The notes under the pieces were generated by a model. The model made no database searches, had not been told where the DNA came from, and saw only the letters and a program-made list of their open reading frames with translations. Both the position numbers and the translations under genes were made by a program. From positions 768,001 to 832,000 of the forward strand of contig CAVSNY010000007.1 of NCBI GenBank assembly GCA_963729605.1: a stretch of 64,000 nt of DNA, given 5' to 3'. The stretch's first letter is position 1; the number at the start of each line of letters is the position of its first letter. Source of the stretch: an uncultured Gammaproteobacteria bacterium (GTDB taxonomy: Bacteria; Pseudomonadota; Gammaproteobacteria; DRLM01). This document shows positions 61,691 to 64,000 of the stretch, piece after piece.

Positions 61691-62353
61691 TCAACTGTCC
61701 GTCAAGCGGTATTCGATGGGCAGCACCATATCAAAATGGCCGTTTTCCAGCCAGCCGCCGATGTCGTCGAGGCGGGGAATGTCCCGCAGGGTGCGCAACG
61801 CGGCGCGGTCGATGAGGCCGTGACCCGACGAGGCGAGGAGATGGATGCCGCTCAGCCGGCCGTCGATCTCCACCCGCAGCGCGACGGTCACCTCGCCCTG
61901 CCAGCCCTGGCGTCTCGCCAGCGGCGGATAGACGAAATAAGGCGCGAGCGCGTCGCGCAGCCGCGCTTGCAGGCGTTGTTGTAACACGTGATCGTCGCGC
62001 GGGGGTGGGACGAATGCCGCGCCGGCAGCGGCGGGCAAATCATCGGCCATGATTGCGGACGACGGCGCGTCGGCGGACGTGCTGGCAATTTCCGGATCGG
62101 CCGGCATGGCCGGGACGGTTGCAACGGAGACTGCGGTGTTCGATACAGGCCGGGGTTTGATAATGGCGGGCGACGGAGTCGGTGCGGCGGCGCTGGCCGG
62201 TTCTGAAGACGGCGGCGGCGCCAAAGAAGTTAAGCTCACCGTGAGCGGCCTCACCCCGGCGGGGTGAGGCGCATCATCGAGGATTAAATAGGCGAGCAGC
62301 CCGCCGTGCAGGGCGACGGAGAGTAATAAAAAGCGGGCTGAATGCGGGGTCAT
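61691..62353 (-). CDS. tonB: Energy transducer TonB
   Basis: TM with SVALH motif, Pro/Ala-rich linker, YPPLARRQGWQG, SSG...IDRAA. Confidence 0.85.
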   Translation of the reverse strand: MTPHSARFLLLSVALHGGLLAYLILDDAPHPAGVRPLTVSLTSLAPPPSSEPASAAAPTPSPAIIKPRPVSNTAVSVATVPAMPADPEIASTSADAPSSAIMADDLPAAAGAAFVPPPRDDHVLQQRLQARLRDALAPYFVYPPLARRQGWQGEVTVALRVEIDGRLSGIHLLASSGHGLIDRAALRTLRDIPRLDDIGGWLENGHFDMVLPIEYRLTDS

Positions 62354-62360
62354 GATTCCA

Positions 62361-64000
62361 TCATAGCGTTGGGCTGTAGCGCGCTTCGATGAAGACGGCG
62401 CGGCCCGCGCTGTTGAAGCCGTCGGCCAGTTCGTAACGTTTGTCGAAGGCATTTTCGAGCTTGCCGATCAAACGCCAATCTTTTTGCACGCGCCATTGCG
62501 CGCTCAGATTCACCAGGCCGTAACCGGCGTTGTAGGTATCGGAAAAGGCCGAATCCTTGCGCTTACTTTGTAGAATCAGATCGGCGCCGACTTGATACGC
62601 CGTTTGCTCGTACACCAGCGAGGTGGTGAGGCTGCGTTTCGCGCGGCGCGGCAGCGGTTCGCCGCTGGTTTCGTTCTTGGGATCTTGCACGATGCCTTCC
62701 ACGCGCAGGCTGACGGGTTGCAGGTTCAGGGCGTAACTCAGTTCCACGCCGCGGATGCGGGCCTTTTCCACGTTTTGATTGGCGCCCTGGATGGGGCCGA
62801 GAAAACCGTCCGGATCGGTGAATTCGATGAGGTCTTCGATGCGGTTGTCGAAGAGATTCACCGCCACGGTTTGGCGTTGGCCGATGCGCTGGCGCGCGCC
62901 GACTTCAAGATTGCGCGAGGTCTCCGGCTTGAGGTCGGGGTTGCCGCCGAAACCGAAACGGTCGGTGGCGTCCGGCGCGCGGAAGCCGGTGCCGGCCGCG
63001 GCGGTGAAGCGGGTGGCCGGCGACAATTTAAAACCATATTCCACGTTCCAGGTGCCGTGGCCGCCGAAGCTGTCGTGATCGGTGTGGCGTCCCGCCAGCA
63101 GCAGATGATGTGCACCCCATTTGATGTCGTCTTGCAAGTAAACGGCGTTGACGTCGGTGGCCTCGTCGAAGCCGGTGCCGAACACGCTGGAGGAGGCCTT
63201 TTCCCGCGACAGCATCAAGCCGGCGGTGAGCAATTGCCGCGCGTCGAGTTGCACATCGTTCTGCCAGTCGAGTTGATTGCGGCGGGTGTGCGCGAAATCG
63301 TCGCCTTGGTTTTGATCGATCTCGTCGCTGGCCTGGCTGAGCCGCAAGGTGCTGACCCACGCGTCGCGTGGCGCGGCTTTGAGCGCGAGGCTGGTGGCGG
63401 TGTTTCTGAAATCCTGGTCCAAAGGCGTGAGGAAGAAATCGAAATATTCGGTATTGCCGGCGCTTTGCCAGCGGCGCAGCTCGACGTCGAGCGGGCCGAA
63501 CTCGCGCCCGGCGTAGAGATTGAAGCTGAGATTGTCATGGCCGCGCGCTTCGCTGGCGTCCTGGCGGGTGGCGAAACCGTCGCTGGCGTAGGCGCTGGCG
63601 TCGATGCCGGCGCGGCTGGTGCCGTCGCCGAAATGGACGCCCAGGTCGTGACTGCGGGTGCCGTAGCGCCCGGCGCCGAACGCGAAATAACCGCGCGCGC
63701 CCTCGGCCGCCCGGCGGGTGATGATATTGATGACGCCGCCGATGGCGTCGGAGCCATAGAGGCTGGAGCGCGGGCCTTTCACCACTTCGATGCGTTCGAT
63801 CAGATCGGGACGGATGTTTTGCAGGGCGGCGCCGCCGATGGTGCCGGGGTTGATCTTGACGCCGTCAATCATCACCAAGGTGTGATTGCTCTCGGTACCG
63901 CGCAGAAACAGCGAGGCCGGTTGACCGGCGCCGCCGTTGCGGCCGATATCGAGCCCGGCGTGCAGGCGCAACAAATCCGCCACATCGACGGCGGCGCTGC
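62361..64000 (-). CDS. btuB: BtuB-like TonB-dependent cobalamin receptor (5' end beyond window)
   Basis: RGTESNHTLVMIDG, IERIEVVKGPRSSLYGSDAIGGVINIIT, GNPDLKPE; next to tonB and pduO. Confidence 0.8.
   Translation of the reverse strand, partial: SAAVDVADLLRLHAGLDIGRNGGAGQPASLFLRGTESNHTLVMIDGVKINPGTIGGAALQNIRPDLIERIEVVKGPRSSLYGSDAIGGVINIITRRAAEGARGYFAFGAGRYGTRSHDLGVHFGDGTSRAGIDASAYASDGFATRQDASEARGHDNLSFNLYAGREFGPLDVELRRWQSAGNTEYFDFFLTPLDQDFRNTATSLALKAAPRDAWVSTLRLSQASDEIDQNQGDDFAHTRRNQLDWQNDVQLDARQLLTAGLMLSREKASSSVFGTGFDEATDVNAVYLQDDIKWGAHHLLLAGRHTDHDSFGGHGTWNVEYGFKLSPATRFTAAAGTGFRAPDATDRFGFGGNPDLKPETSRNLEVGARQRIGQRQTVAVNLFDNRIEDLIEFTDPDGFLGPIQGANQNVEKARIRGVELSYALNLQPVSLRVEGIVQDPKNETSGEPLPRRAKRSLTTSLVYEQTAYQVGADLILQSKRKDSAFSDTYNAGYGLVNLSAQWRVQKDWRLIGKLENAFDKRYELADGFNSAGRAVFIEARYSPTL

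Overview
GC-rich Gammaproteobacterial chromosome segment; the 16S/23S sequence and the argC-erpA-anmK-M23-tyrS-rrn gene order support this. From left to right: (1) cytochrome c maturation operon ccmB-ccmI. (2) An 11-kb periplasmic redox cluster with no function I can name: TlpA lipoprotein, monoheme cytochrome c, two related beta-propellers, a CxxCH-sensor GGDEF-EAL protein, an NHL lipoprotein, a pentaheme cytochrome, and a cytochrome c gene split by a -1 frameshift at an A9 run (triheme form versus a predicted 663-aa hexaheme form). (3) A housekeeping block with two insertions: citrate synthase and a RR-CheC-GGDEF cassette. (4) An rRNA operon with three tandem promoters on a structured ~110-bp repeat and an aberrant second tRNA-Ile. 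(5) usp, ampD, ampE, cobC-like and btuF. (6) A 13-kb island bordered by a truncated SbcD-like remnant. It carries a HK/sigma54 regulator and a sigma54 promoter in front of three glycosyltransferases, two APH-like kinases, an ABC exporter and an AlgE-like porin. (7) ROK kinase, VanZ and two methyltransferases. (8) A Fur-boxed TonB receptor/TPR/PepSY operon. (9) pduO, tonB and btuB-like genes. Three small MITE-like elements with terminal inverted repeats and 4-bp target duplications were found; one supplies a gene's start codon. All calls are from manual reading; no database searches were run.
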